Shown: positions 1 through 8,803, numbered from the stretch's first letter. The stretch: DNA of 18,503 nucleotides from Verrucomicrobiota bacterium (GCA_038209745.1 JBBQXJ010000090.1:1-18503); one strand, 5' to 3'. The notes: a model not told the origin generated them from the letters alone. Translations and numbers: made by a program.

Positions 1-186
1 TATACGGGCGTTCGCGGGGTTTTCCCAAGAAAACAACCTCCCGGCGACCCCGCTCAACACGACGCGCGGAACGCTCTTCCTGGCTCGTTCTCCTCCCTCA
101 TGCGCTCCTGCTTTCCTACCCCTCTTCGGCCACCGATGCCCAGGAACCTTGGCCGGAAGAAGGTCGGCTCCCACGCCATCCGGAGA

Positions 187-483
187 CTATTGTTGCCTAG
201 CAGTCCGCGACACCGCCACCGCGTAGCCGGCTCCAAACAGGAAAAGACTTCCCAACAGTGCCGGCATCCCCGGAGACCCCGAACTCTGCAGCCAATTGGC
301 CGGCCCCGACAGCGCCACCCCCAGGGAGAAGCCGGGCACGAGTCGGGTCACCTTCCTGCCTTTCAGCCCGGCCCAGCCCCAGAGCAATAACACGCCTGCG
401 GCGCCTCCCACCGAGAAGACAACCGGCATCACCTCCGCTTCCCGGGTCCAAAGCAACGCGCTGAGCAACCAGATCCCCAGCAC
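187..483 (-). CDS. Small hydrophobic membrane protein, or C-terminal remnant of one
   Basis: 98-aa ORF with about 4 hydrophobic segments (LGIWLLSALLW, VVFSVGGAAGVLLLWGWAG, LVPGFSLGVAL, ALLGSLFLFGAGYAVAV). GTG start without an obvious RBS; the frame is open upstream only to a stop at about 553. No family recognised. Confidence 0.35.
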   Translation of the reverse strand: MLGIWLLSALLWTREAEVMPVVFSVGGAAGVLLLWGWAGLKGRKVTRLVPGFSLGVALSGPANWLQSSGSPGMPALLGSLFLFGAGYAVAVSRTARQQ

Positions 484-535
484 ACTCGCACGCAGCCCCG
501 ACGCTCCAGGATGCGCGGCGGCGTCCCATCGGAGA

Positions 536-2294
536 CTGTGGGCGATCTGGCGCGACTACCGCAGCGTAGAGGAAGAGGCGATCCAAGAAGCCCGCAGCTT
601 GGCGGAACGTTGGGTCAAGGAACTGCCGGCGCAACTGGGCGGGACGTTGGCGCGAACGTCGGACGCCAACGCTGCCGTGTCGGACGCGGAAGATCCGACG
701 GCGTCCGAAACAGCCCAGAAAAGTTCCGGCGACCGGATGTTCGTTCGATTGAACGAGGATCTCCTCCTGCCGGAAATTCCCCTGCCATCCAGCGTGCCGA
801 CGCCTCCTTTGTGGCGAATGGAACTGTCCCCCGACGCGGCGAAACGCTGGGAACGTGCCCTGTCAGAACCGGTCGGTTCAACCAATGCGATCCTTCTCTG
901 GGAAACGTTTCTGGCGACCGAAACCTCGGCCGAGGCCCGATCCAATGGGGAGTTGCGCCGGCTTTGTTTGGACGGATCGCCGACAGATCAACTGCTGGAG
1001 GCCGTCCGCCTTGATGGCCGGGTGCCGACGGAGTCCGGCTTGCCTTTGGCCGTGCCCGGTTTGGCCCGGCTGGTCGAACGCCTGCCGGAAGACGATGCGA
1101 GGGTGCTGGCCCTGGCGCCGCTCTGGGCCAGCACCCTCACCTCAGGGCTCTTGACCCGCATCTTGGATCGACCCGGACAGTCATGGCCACAGTTGCGCGA
1201 GGCTTACCGAAGGGAACGCAGTCGGATCGAACGGATTCAGGAACAAATGGCGCGCGTGGGTGGCCGGGGGCCGGTGGACTCTTCGATGTGGATCGGACCC
1301 ACCAACGCGCGGTTTTTTGCATGGGCGCTCCTTCCTGCAACGTCTTCCAAGGCCGCAGATGGGTCGTCGCCTTTGCCGCCCTTTGTCGCGTTCTTTCCCG
1401 AACCGATCATCCGGGAAGCCCTCGCCCAATGGATCTTCGGAAATGGGCCCGGCCGAGACAGCCCGTTTGGTTTGGAAATCCAGCTGGAAGGAAGTGCCGG
1501 TTGCTTGGTCGGCCCCATCAGGCTCGGGCACCCTCGGACTGAAACGACTCGCATCGGCTTCGGGAACACTGGCGAATCCGTGGCCGCTCAAGTCCGCCCT
1601 CAAGATCAAGCCTGGAAGGCCTTCCGTAAACGCCATCCCCATCCAAGCCAAGCCAGCGGCAAGGCTCTCCTTTGACGCGCCCTTGCCCGCGATCCGGCCG
1701 GCCGATCTGACGGTGTCGGCCTTCATGGTGGATCCTTCCGCGCTCTATGCCCGGGCCCGGTTCCGGGCGTTGCTCATGGGGGCGGTCACGCTCGGTGCGG
1801 CGGCGGCGGCGGCGCTGGGTTTCGTGCTGTCACGCCGCGCCTTCCATCTTCAGCTCGCGCTCAACGAAGAGAAGTCGAACTTCGTCTCCGCCGTTTCCCA
1901 CGAACTGCGCGCGCCCATCGCGGCGGTGCGGTTGATGACGGAGAACCTCACCCGCGGCGCGCCGGCCGAACCGGAACGGCAACAGGAATACTTATGCCTC
2001 ATCCTTCAGGAATGCCGCCGCCTCTCGTCGCTCATCGAGAACGTCCTCGACTACTCCCGCATCGAGCAGGACCGGAAGGAATACGACATGGAGCCCACCG
2101 ATCTCGGCTCGCTGGTCGCCGCGACCGCGCGGCTGATGGAACCCATCGCCGCGGACCACGCCGTGGGGATTCGTGTTGTTTGTAGCCGCCGAGGCGACGA
2201 GGCGGAGGCCGCACCCCCCGATGAACCCAACGTCCGCCTCCCGACGCCCGCCTCTGCAGCCGTGTGCGACGGACGCGCCCTCCAGCAGGCGCTC
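536..2294 (+). pseudogene. Sensor histidine kinase (HisKA) pseudogene: no first TM/start, internal frameshift, HATPase_c domain deleted
   Basis: Frame 2 (LWAIWRDYRSVEEEAIQEARSLAE..., stop at 1675) switches to frame 3, probably near GGAAGGAAG at about 1486-1494. Frame 3 has a TM segment (LLMGAVTLGAAAAAALGFVL) and the H-box KSNFVSAVSHELRAPIAAVRLM...RRLSSLIENVLDYSRIE. It ends at DGRALQQAL, exactly where the N-box (NLLDNA) should begin; no N, G1, F or G2 boxes follow. Confidence 0.85.
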
Positions 2295-2295
2295 C

Positions 2296-2640
2296 CGCCG
2301 AGACTCCGCCGCGCCCATCACGCTTCGTTTCGGCTCGGCGGTGGTGGATCTCGCCCGCCAGTCCACCACCGTAGCCGCCCGCGAGGTCCATCTCACGGCC
2401 AAGGAGTTCGCCATGCTCCGCTTGTTGGCCGACACACCGGGAGCGCCCGTCAGCCGCGAACGCTTCCTCGACGTCGTCTGGGGCGTCGGCGCCTTCCCCA
2501 CCACGCGCACCGTGGACACCCACATCGCCAGCCTGCGTGCCAAACTGGAACCGCACCCCGAAGCGCCGCAGTTCCTGAAAACCGTCCACGGCATCGGCGA
2601 CCGGCTGGAACTTGGCGACACCCATGAAGAACCGATTTGA
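2296..2640 (+). pseudogene. OmpR/PhoB-family response regulator, C-terminal winged-helix fragment (receiver domain missing)
   Basis: RRDSAAPITLRFGSAVVDLARQSTTVAAREVHLTAKEFAMLRLLADTPGAPVSRERFLDVVWGVGAFPTTRTVDTHIASLRAKLEPHPEAPQFLKTVHGIGDRLEL matches the Trans_reg_C pattern (LT.KEF.LL, RTVD.HI..LR.KLE, TV.G.GY). No receiver domain upstream; the conserved GY reads GD. Confidence 0.88.
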
Positions 2641-3440
2641 ACCGCCAAGCACGCGGACGACTCAGAACAATGCGGGGCGCGGGCGGTCACGTCCGCGAGG
2701 CCGCGTTCAGCGGGGTTGCGGCCCGAAAACCGAAGGTCGCCACCTCGCCACCTCGCCGCCTCGCCGCCTCCGCCGTGTTCCGCCTTGGCGAATGCTACCG
2801 CAAGCTGAACCGCACCCACGACGCCGTCGCCCAGTTCCAACGGATCACCCGCGAAGACCCTGACCAAGAGACGCTGGCGAAACTGAGCCGGCAGAATCTG
2901 GTGGGATTGGGGGTCAAAGACGCGGGCGCGGCCGAAAGCCATTCCGGCAGGGGAGGCAAGACGATCCCCGAATCCGTCCGGATCCTCGAAGCTCAAGTCG
3001 AGGAATTGAAGCAACACACGATTGAGGAGCTTCCAGAGATCATTCGGAACTGGTTCGGCGCTGCTCGTAGCCTCGGTCCTCAACCTCCCGGAAACACTCC
3101 GCCCAAGCGGAAGAGGCCGCCAAGATCGACGCGCAGGTCGCGGAGATCCTTCATCGGCTCAACTCCTCGTCATTAACTACCACGAACGCCGCCATAGAAG
3201 CGGAGATGCTCCGGAAACAGGCGGACCAAGCTTACCAGGAGATCCTCATGGAGGTGCAGCAGATCCTGGGACCCAGGAACTCAAGGCCCGGCTGCTCGGA
3301 GCTCCAGGTGTGGTGGCGGATCCCGCTGACCGCGCACCCGCGACCAAGCCGGTGGACGCCGCGAAATGAGCGTGCTGTCGAAACCAGCTCGTGGACGAGA
3401 CCGTCCAAGTGGTGACCGACTTGGCGAAATCCCGCAGAAT
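2637..3440 (+). pseudogene. Fragmented tetratricopeptide-repeat (TPR) protein gene
   Basis: LAASAVFRLGECYRKLNRTHDAVAQFQRITREDPDQETLAKLSRQNL is a TPR-like helix pair. Helical-looking fragments follow in different frames (VRILEAQVEELKQH; MLRKQADQAYQEILMEVQQILG; NQLVDETVQVVTDLAK), separated by stops and frameshifts. Boundaries are approximate. Confidence 0.6.
2737..2768 (+). repeat. 4 x 8-bp tandem repeat TCGCC(A/G)CC
   Basis: tcgccacc tcgccacc tcgccgcc tcgccgcc, read directly from the sequence. Confidence 0.9.
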
Positions 3441-3470
3441 GCCCCGGGGGTCGTCTTCAAACCCTGGGAA

Positions 3471-3626
3471 AGGTAGGGAGGGTTCGCCGAACCGTCCCAC
3501 TCTGCCGGCGGAGCCGGCGCGAGCGCAGCGAGCATCTCGGATAAACGGGGACGCTGTTCTGAAATGCTCACTGCGTTCGCCTCGCTCCGCTCGAATCAGG
3601 GACGGCTCGGCGTCCCGTCCCTACCT
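3471..3626. repeat. GTAG-tagged REP doublet (REPIN-like), 156 bp, with nested internal hairpin
   Basis: Left unit GGTAGGGAGGGTTCGCCGAACCGTCCC (3472-3498). The right unit 3599-3625 reads GGTAGGGACGGGACGCCGAGCCGTCCC on the minus strand. Each unit is GTAG plus an imperfect palindrome. Inner arms gcgagcgcagcgagcatctcgga / tctgaaatgctcactgcgttcgc. A second partial copy starts at 7559. Confidence 0.85.
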
Positions 3627-3642
3627 CGGTCGAAGACTCGTC

Positions 3643-4404
<762 letters not shown>

Positions 4405-4436
4405 GGCGTTGTTCAATGTTGTTGCGGCGATCGAAA

Positions 4437-4501
4437 AGGCAACCCGGCGACCGGCGTAATTCGATCCATCGATGACGTTCGACGCCCGGTCCGCGTTGCC
4501 T
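4437..4501. other. Long imperfect hairpin about 30 nt upstream of the prepilin start
   Basis: aggcaacccggcgaccggcgt pairs with acgcccggtccgcgttgcct. On the minus strand the stem is followed by TTT and contains a TTGCCT -35-like hexamer. Confidence 0.4.
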
Positions 4502-4708
4502 CGACCTTCGACATTGAGACAGCCTTCCGTCGTGCCCGACAGACCCACAATCGGGGGAGCCGTTTCAGGGGGGGTAGCCAAACACCGACCGGAGATCCGG
4601 GTTGAATCCCGAGCGGCGAGAAACTGCGCGCGACCTGGACACACCGTCCATCCCGCGCGGCGCCGAGTCTGGACATCCTCTGGGCATGGTTGCAGGACAG
4701 GGGGGAAA

Positions 4709-4783
4709 TGGTGGGTGGTGAGGGATTCGAACCCCCGACCAACAGTGTGTAAGACTGCTGCGCTACCGCTGCGCCAACCACCC
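4709..4783 (-). tRNA. trnV: tRNA-Val(TAC), 75 nt, CCA encoded
   Basis: GGGTGGT-TG-GCGC-AGCGGTA-GCGC-A-GCAGT-CT[TAC]AC-ACTGT-TGGTC-GGGGG-TTCGAAT-CCCTC-ACCACCC-A-CCA forms a full cloverleaf. Val identity elements G3:C70, U4:A69, C38 and A73 are present. Confidence 0.98.
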
Positions 4784-4793
4784 ACTGGAAGTG

Positions 4794-4823
4794 AAACTAG
4801 CCAGCGGCCCGCCCGATTGGCAA
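4794..4823 (-). promoter_or_regulatory. Sigma70-like promoter of tRNA-Val
   Basis: TTGCCA (4823-4818), 18-bp spacer, TAGTTT (4799-4794), ending 10 nt before the tRNA 5' end. Confidence 0.65.
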
Positions 4824-4902
4824 CGCCCGTTTGTCGGCCAGGTGGACTCTGCGAGGCGCCATTTCGGAACGGTGACGATTCAATGTCGCGGACGCTCCGG
4901 CT

Positions 4903-4931
4903 TTGCGTCGCCGCCCCGCCGCAGGAATGAT
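4903..4931 (+). promoter_or_regulatory. Putative leaderless promoter of the YncE/phosphoesterase gene
   Basis: TTGCGT-17-AATGAT, then 8 nt to ATG 4940. Confidence 0.5.
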
Positions 4932-4939
4932 CCCCCTAC

Positions 4940-7534
4940 ATGCGGAACTCCTCAGTCCTGATCGGCACCTTGGCGGCCTGCGTCCTCGCGTCCTGCTCGT
5001 CGCGATCCGTCCACCCGAGCCCAGCCACCGCCGTCGGGCGCGATCTGCCCGGCCAACTCCCCGACGGGTCCGTCCGGCTGCCGAACCAGTGGTTCCTTCG
5101 CCCGGTCGGGAGACAGATCGAGCTGGGCGACCTGCCGGTGAACATCGCGGTTCATCCGTCGGGCCGATGGGCGGCCGTGCTGCACGCGGGCTATGGGCCG
5201 CACGAAATCATCGTCGTGGACGTAGAGGCGGAGACGGTGGTGTCGCGGACCAGGCTCGCGGAAACGTTCTACGGCATCGAATTCTCCGGCGATGGGAAAC
5301 AGCTCTTCAGCAGCGGCGCCGGTGAGGAAGTGATCTTCCGGTTCGCCTTCAACGAAGGCCAGTTGACCGCGCAGCCCTCCATTCCGCTCCGAACGGTGAA
5401 GGAGCGCGGCATCCCGTCCGGCATGGCGCTGGACGCGGGGGCCAAGCATCTCTTCGTCGCCAACGTTTGGGGCCACCAGATCACAGAGGTCGATCTGGCG
5501 ACCGGCACCGTTTCGGGCGAAGCCCAGCTCGGCGGCACCAACCGTTCCGCGACCATTGTTCCGCCGCAGGACCCGGATCTCGCAGCGACGACCAAGCGCG
5601 CCGAAGCCAATGCCCAGGCCAATGACTTGGTGGATCCCTTCCCCTACAGCTGCCGCCTCGATGAACGCCGCCAGCGGCTCTACGTCAGCCTCTGGGCGCG
5701 GGCCGAAGTCGCGGTCGTCGATCTGAAGCAGAACACCGTCGTGGCCCATTGGCCGACGGAGGAGCATCCCAACGAAATGGTGCTGACCCGCAACGGCCGT
5801 CGCCTCTTCGTCGCGAATGCCAATCGAAACACGGTCACGCTGATCGACACCGACACGGGCCGGACGGAGGAAACCCTCTTCGCGAGTTTCTCCCCCGATC
5901 TGCCGCCCGGCTCCACCCCCAACAGCCTCGCGTTGTCCCCCGACGAGAAGACGCTCTACGTCGCCAACGCCTGCAACAACATGGTGGCCGTGATCGACGT
6001 CGGCACCCGCGGCCACAGCCGTTCGCTCGGCTTCATTCCCGTGGGCTGGTATCCGACCTCCGTCCGCGTGACGCCCGACGGCACGAAGCTCCTTGTGGCC
6101 AATGGCAAGGGCGTCATCTCCAAGGCGAATCCCGAGGGCCCCCAGCCCGGCGTGCGCAAGGCGCCCGGTTCGTTGAACGAATACATCGGCGGCCTCTTCC
6201 ACGGCACGCTCAGCATCATCGATCTGCCGAAGGGTTCCCGGCTCAAGCGGCAGATGGCCGATTGGACGGCGGAAGCCTTCCGCTGCCGACCGCAGACGAA
6301 CACCGCGTTGCTGGCGTCGCTGCCCGCGGACCATCCCATTCCCAGCCGTCCCGGCGACGTCTCGCCGATCCAACACGTCGTCTACATCATCAAGGAGAAC
6401 CGCACCTACGACCAGATCCTCGGCGACATGCCCGAGGGCAATGGCGATCCGAAGCTCTGCCTCTTCCCCGAAAGCGTGACGCCGAACCACCACGCCTTGG
6501 CCCGGGAATTCGTCCTGCTCGACAACTTCTACGTGGAGAGCGAGGTCAGCGCCGACGGCCACGAATGGACCATGGGCGCCTATGCCACGGATTTCGTGGA
6601 GAAGTTCTGGCCGCTCAGCTACGGGCACAACAAGCGGGGCAAATATCTCTACCCGGCCGAGGGCAACTTCCCCATCGCCACCCCGGCCGGCGGTTACCTC
6701 TGGGACCGTGCCAAGGAAGCCGGCGTCAGCTACCGCAGCTATGGCGAATGGGTCGCCGACGGGAAGACGCCCAACGATCCCGGCCGCGCCAAGGCCAAGG
6801 CGCTCGAAGGCCACATCGATCCGTGGTTCCGCAGCTTCGACATGGGCTATCCGGATCAGAAACGCGCCGAACGGTTCATCTCCGAGCTCAAACGCTTCGA
6901 GCAGGAAGGCGACATGCCGCAGCTCCAGATCGTCCGGTTGCCGAGCGACCACACCTCCGGCGCTTCCGTCGGCAAACTCACGCCCACCGCGCATCTCGGC
7001 GACAACGACCTCGGCCTCGGCCTGGTGGTCGAGGCGCTCAGCCATTCGAAGTTCTGGGCCCACACGGCGGTCTTCGTGGTGGAGGACGACGCGCAGAACG
7101 GCCCCGACCACGTCGATGCCCACCGCACCATCGCCTATGTCATCAGCCCCTATGTGAAACGCCGCTCGGTCGATTCCACGCTCTATTCCACCTCCAGCAT
7201 GTTGCGGACGATGGAGCTGATCCTGGGACTGAAGCCGATGTCGCAGTTCGATGCCGCCGCGTTGCCGATGTATCGCAGCTTCCAGCCCACGCCCGACGCC
7301 ACGCCCTACACGGTCAAGCCGGTGACGGTGGATCTGGACGCCAAGAACGTCCCCACCGCCTGGGGCGCGGACAAGGCCCGATCCATGGACTTCTCCAAGG
7401 AAGACGCCGCCGATGATCTGGTGCTGAACGAGATGATCTGGCGCTCCGTCCGGGGCCGGAACCACGCGATGCCCGCGCCCACCCGCGCCGCCTTCGTCTT
7501 CGCCCAACCGGCCGGAAACGACGGCGACGATTGA
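4940..7534 (+). CDS. Lipoprotein with YVTN/YncE beta-propeller fused to a phosphoesterase (alkaline-phosphatase superfamily) domain, 864 aa
   Basis: Signal peptide with lipobox VLAS|C. Propeller repeats LFVANVWG, LFVANANRNTVTLIDT, LYVANACNNMVAVIDV, GFIPVGWYPTSV. C-terminal HVVYIIKENRTYDQILGD, LLDNFY, SADGHEW, DHTSG, EDDAQNGPDHVDAHRT. Strong GC3 codon bias. Confidence 0.93.
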   Translation: MRNSSVLIGTLAACVLASCSSRSVHPSPATAVGRDLPGQLPDGSVRLPNQWFLRPVGRQIELGDLPVNIAVHPSGRWAAVLHAGYGPHEIIVVDVEAETVVSRTRLAETFYGIEFSGDGKQLFSSGAGEEVIFRFAFNEGQLTAQPSIPLRTVKERGIPSGMALDAGAKHLFVANVWGHQITEVDLATGTVSGEAQLGGTNRSATIVPPQDPDLAATTKRAEANAQANDLVDPFPYSCRLDERRQRLYVSLWARAEVAVVDLKQNTVVAHWPTEEHPNEMVLTRNGRRLFVANANRNTVTLIDTDTGRTEETLFASFSPDLPPGSTPNSLALSPDEKTLYVANACNNMVAVIDVGTRGHSRSLGFIPVGWYPTSVRVTPDGTKLLVANGKGVISKANPEGPQPGVRKAPGSLNEYIGGLFHGTLSIIDLPKGSRLKRQMADWTAEAFRCRPQTNTALLASLPADHPIPSRPGDVSPIQHVVYIIKENRTYDQILGDMPEGNGDPKLCLFPESVTPNHHALAREFVLLDNFYVESEVSADGHEWTMGAYATDFVEKFWPLSYGHNKRGKYLYPAEGNFPIATPAGGYLWDRAKEAGVSYRSYGEWVADGKTPNDPGRAKAKALEGHIDPWFRSFDMGYPDQKRAERFISELKRFEQEGDMPQLQIVRLPSDHTSGASVGKLTPTAHLGDNDLGLGLVVEALSHSKFWAHTAVFVVEDDAQNGPDHVDAHRTIAYVISPYVKRRSVDSTLYSTSSMLRTMELILGLKPMSQFDAAALPMYRSFQPTPDATPYTVKPVTVDLDAKNVPTAWGADKARSMDFSKEDAADDLVLNEMIWRSVRGRNHAMPAPTRAAFVFAQPAGNDGDD

Positions 7535-7558
7535 CGGAGGGTCTTCACACGGTTGGGG

Positions 7559-7661
7559 AGGTCGGGACGGCTCGCCGAACCGTGCCACTCTACCGGCGGG
7601 GCCGGCGCGAGCGAAGCGAACCTCTCGGATAATGGGGGACGCTGTCCTGAGATGCGCTCTG
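7559..7661. repeat. Truncated second copy of the 3471-3626 REPIN-like element
   Basis: Ungapped 103-bp match to 3471-3573 with 15 mismatches (about 85%, hand count). GTAG is changed to GTCG and the right REP is missing. Lies between convergent stop codons. Confidence 0.88.
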
Positions 7662-7687
7662 AATAGCCCAGTTCGCCACAAGTCATT

Positions 7688-8797
7688 TCACCACACTTCC
7701 ACCGGGCCCTTGGGCACGGGGATGGCCTCGCGGCGGACGGATTCCGGCAGGTCGTCCTGCATGAAGCTGGCGACCATCGGCGGGGGTTGGTAGCGCGGCT
7801 TCAGTTCGCCGTCGTCGTCGAGGAACTGGGCGCGCCACTGGACGTAGCTGGCGAGGATCTCCTCGAACTCCGCGCGGGACTTCAGCTGGACGACGCGTTT
7901 GTTGAACTCGTTGGCCGGACCGAACCGCTTCGTATACCAGGGCGCCACCTTGCGGAACATCCGCGAGCCGTGTTCGTCGCCGAAGACCTCCACCATCAGG
8001 TCGAGATGCCGGCGCAGGATGCGGACGCGTTCGGCGAAGCTCGGCTCGGGCGGCATCACGCCGGTGGCGAGGAACTCGTGGGTGCGCTTGAAGATCCACG
8101 GATCGTAGAACGCGCCGCGCCCGATGCTGACGCCGTGGCAACCGGTCTCATCGACCATCTTCTTGGCGGCGTCCGGCGTGGTCACGTCGCCGTTGCCGAT
8201 GACGGGAATAGCGCGCGCCGCGTCCACCACCTTGCGGATACCGGCAAGATTGACGGTGCCGCTGAAGCCCTGTTCGCGGGTGCGGCCGTGGATGAAGACA
8301 GCGGACACGCCGGCGTCTTCGAGGGCGCGGACGAGATCGGGCGCGGTCAGGTTTTCGTCGTCCCAGCCGAGGCGCATCTTCGCCGTCACGGGGATCTTCA
8401 CGGCGTCGACCATGCCGCGAACCAGCGCGGAGGTCTGGGCCAGTTCGGTCATCATGGCGGAGCCGCCGCCGACCTTGCAGACCTTGCGCACTGGGCAGCC
8501 CATGTTGATGTCCACGGAGCTGACGCCGATGGATTCGAGGTAGGCGGCCGCGTCGCGCATCTCCTCCGGCACGGAGCCGAAGAGCTGGACGGCGAGGGGC
8601 CGGTCCTGGGCGTTGGTCTCGATCAGCTTGAAGGCTTTCTTGTTCTTCTCCAACAGCGAGCGGGCGTTGACGAGATCGGTCGTCGCGAGATCGAGCCCGC
8701 CGACTTCGCGCACGACGAGGCGGAAGGGCAGGTTGGTGTAGCCCGCCAGCGGCGAGAGAAACAGGTTCGACTTCAGCTCAAGGGGACCAAAACGCAC
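7688..8797 (-). CDS. dusB: tRNA-dihydrouridine synthase DusB, 369 aa
   Basis: LSPLAGYTNLPFR, VQLFG, VDINMGCPVRKV, VTAKMRLGWD, IHGRTREQGFSG, IPVIGNGDV, SIGRGAFYDPWIF. GTG start. Confidence 0.95.
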   Translation of the reverse strand: MRFGPLELKSNLFLSPLAGYTNLPFRLVVREVGGLDLATTDLVNARSLLEKNKKAFKLIETNAQDRPLAVQLFGSVPEEMRDAAAYLESIGVSSVDINMGCPVRKVCKVGGGSAMMTELAQTSALVRGMVDAVKIPVTAKMRLGWDDENLTAPDLVRALEDAGVSAVFIHGRTREQGFSGTVNLAGIRKVVDAARAIPVIGNGDVTTPDAAKKMVDETGCHGVSIGRGAFYDPWIFKRTHEFLATGVMPPEPSFAERVRILRRHLDLMVEVFGDEHGSRMFRKVAPWYTKRFGPANEFNKRVVQLKSRAEFEEILASYVQWRAQFLDDDGELKPRYQPPPMVASFMQDDLPESVRREAIPVPKGPVEVW

Positions 8798-8803
8798 GGT
8801 GCG

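Noticed and set aside
1..28. Leftward promoter TTGGGA-18-TATA at the window edge
   Set aside because: The -10 element is cut off and the downstream gene is not visible.
1260..2640. Functional kinase-DNA-binding hybrid protein or programmed frameshift
   Set aside because: The join is out of frame, the ATPase domain is absent, no slippery heptamer is evident, and neighbouring genes are also broken.
4405..4785. N-terminal extension of the prepilin ORF to 380 aa
   Set aside because: It runs through the tRNA gene, and the pilin cleavage motif must lie near the N-terminus, so ATG 4404 is preferred.
4861..4900. Pho box or other operator upstream of the phosphoesterase
   Set aside because: Only a weak GTGAC-N8-GTCGC dyad; no 11-bp-period CTGTCAT repeats.
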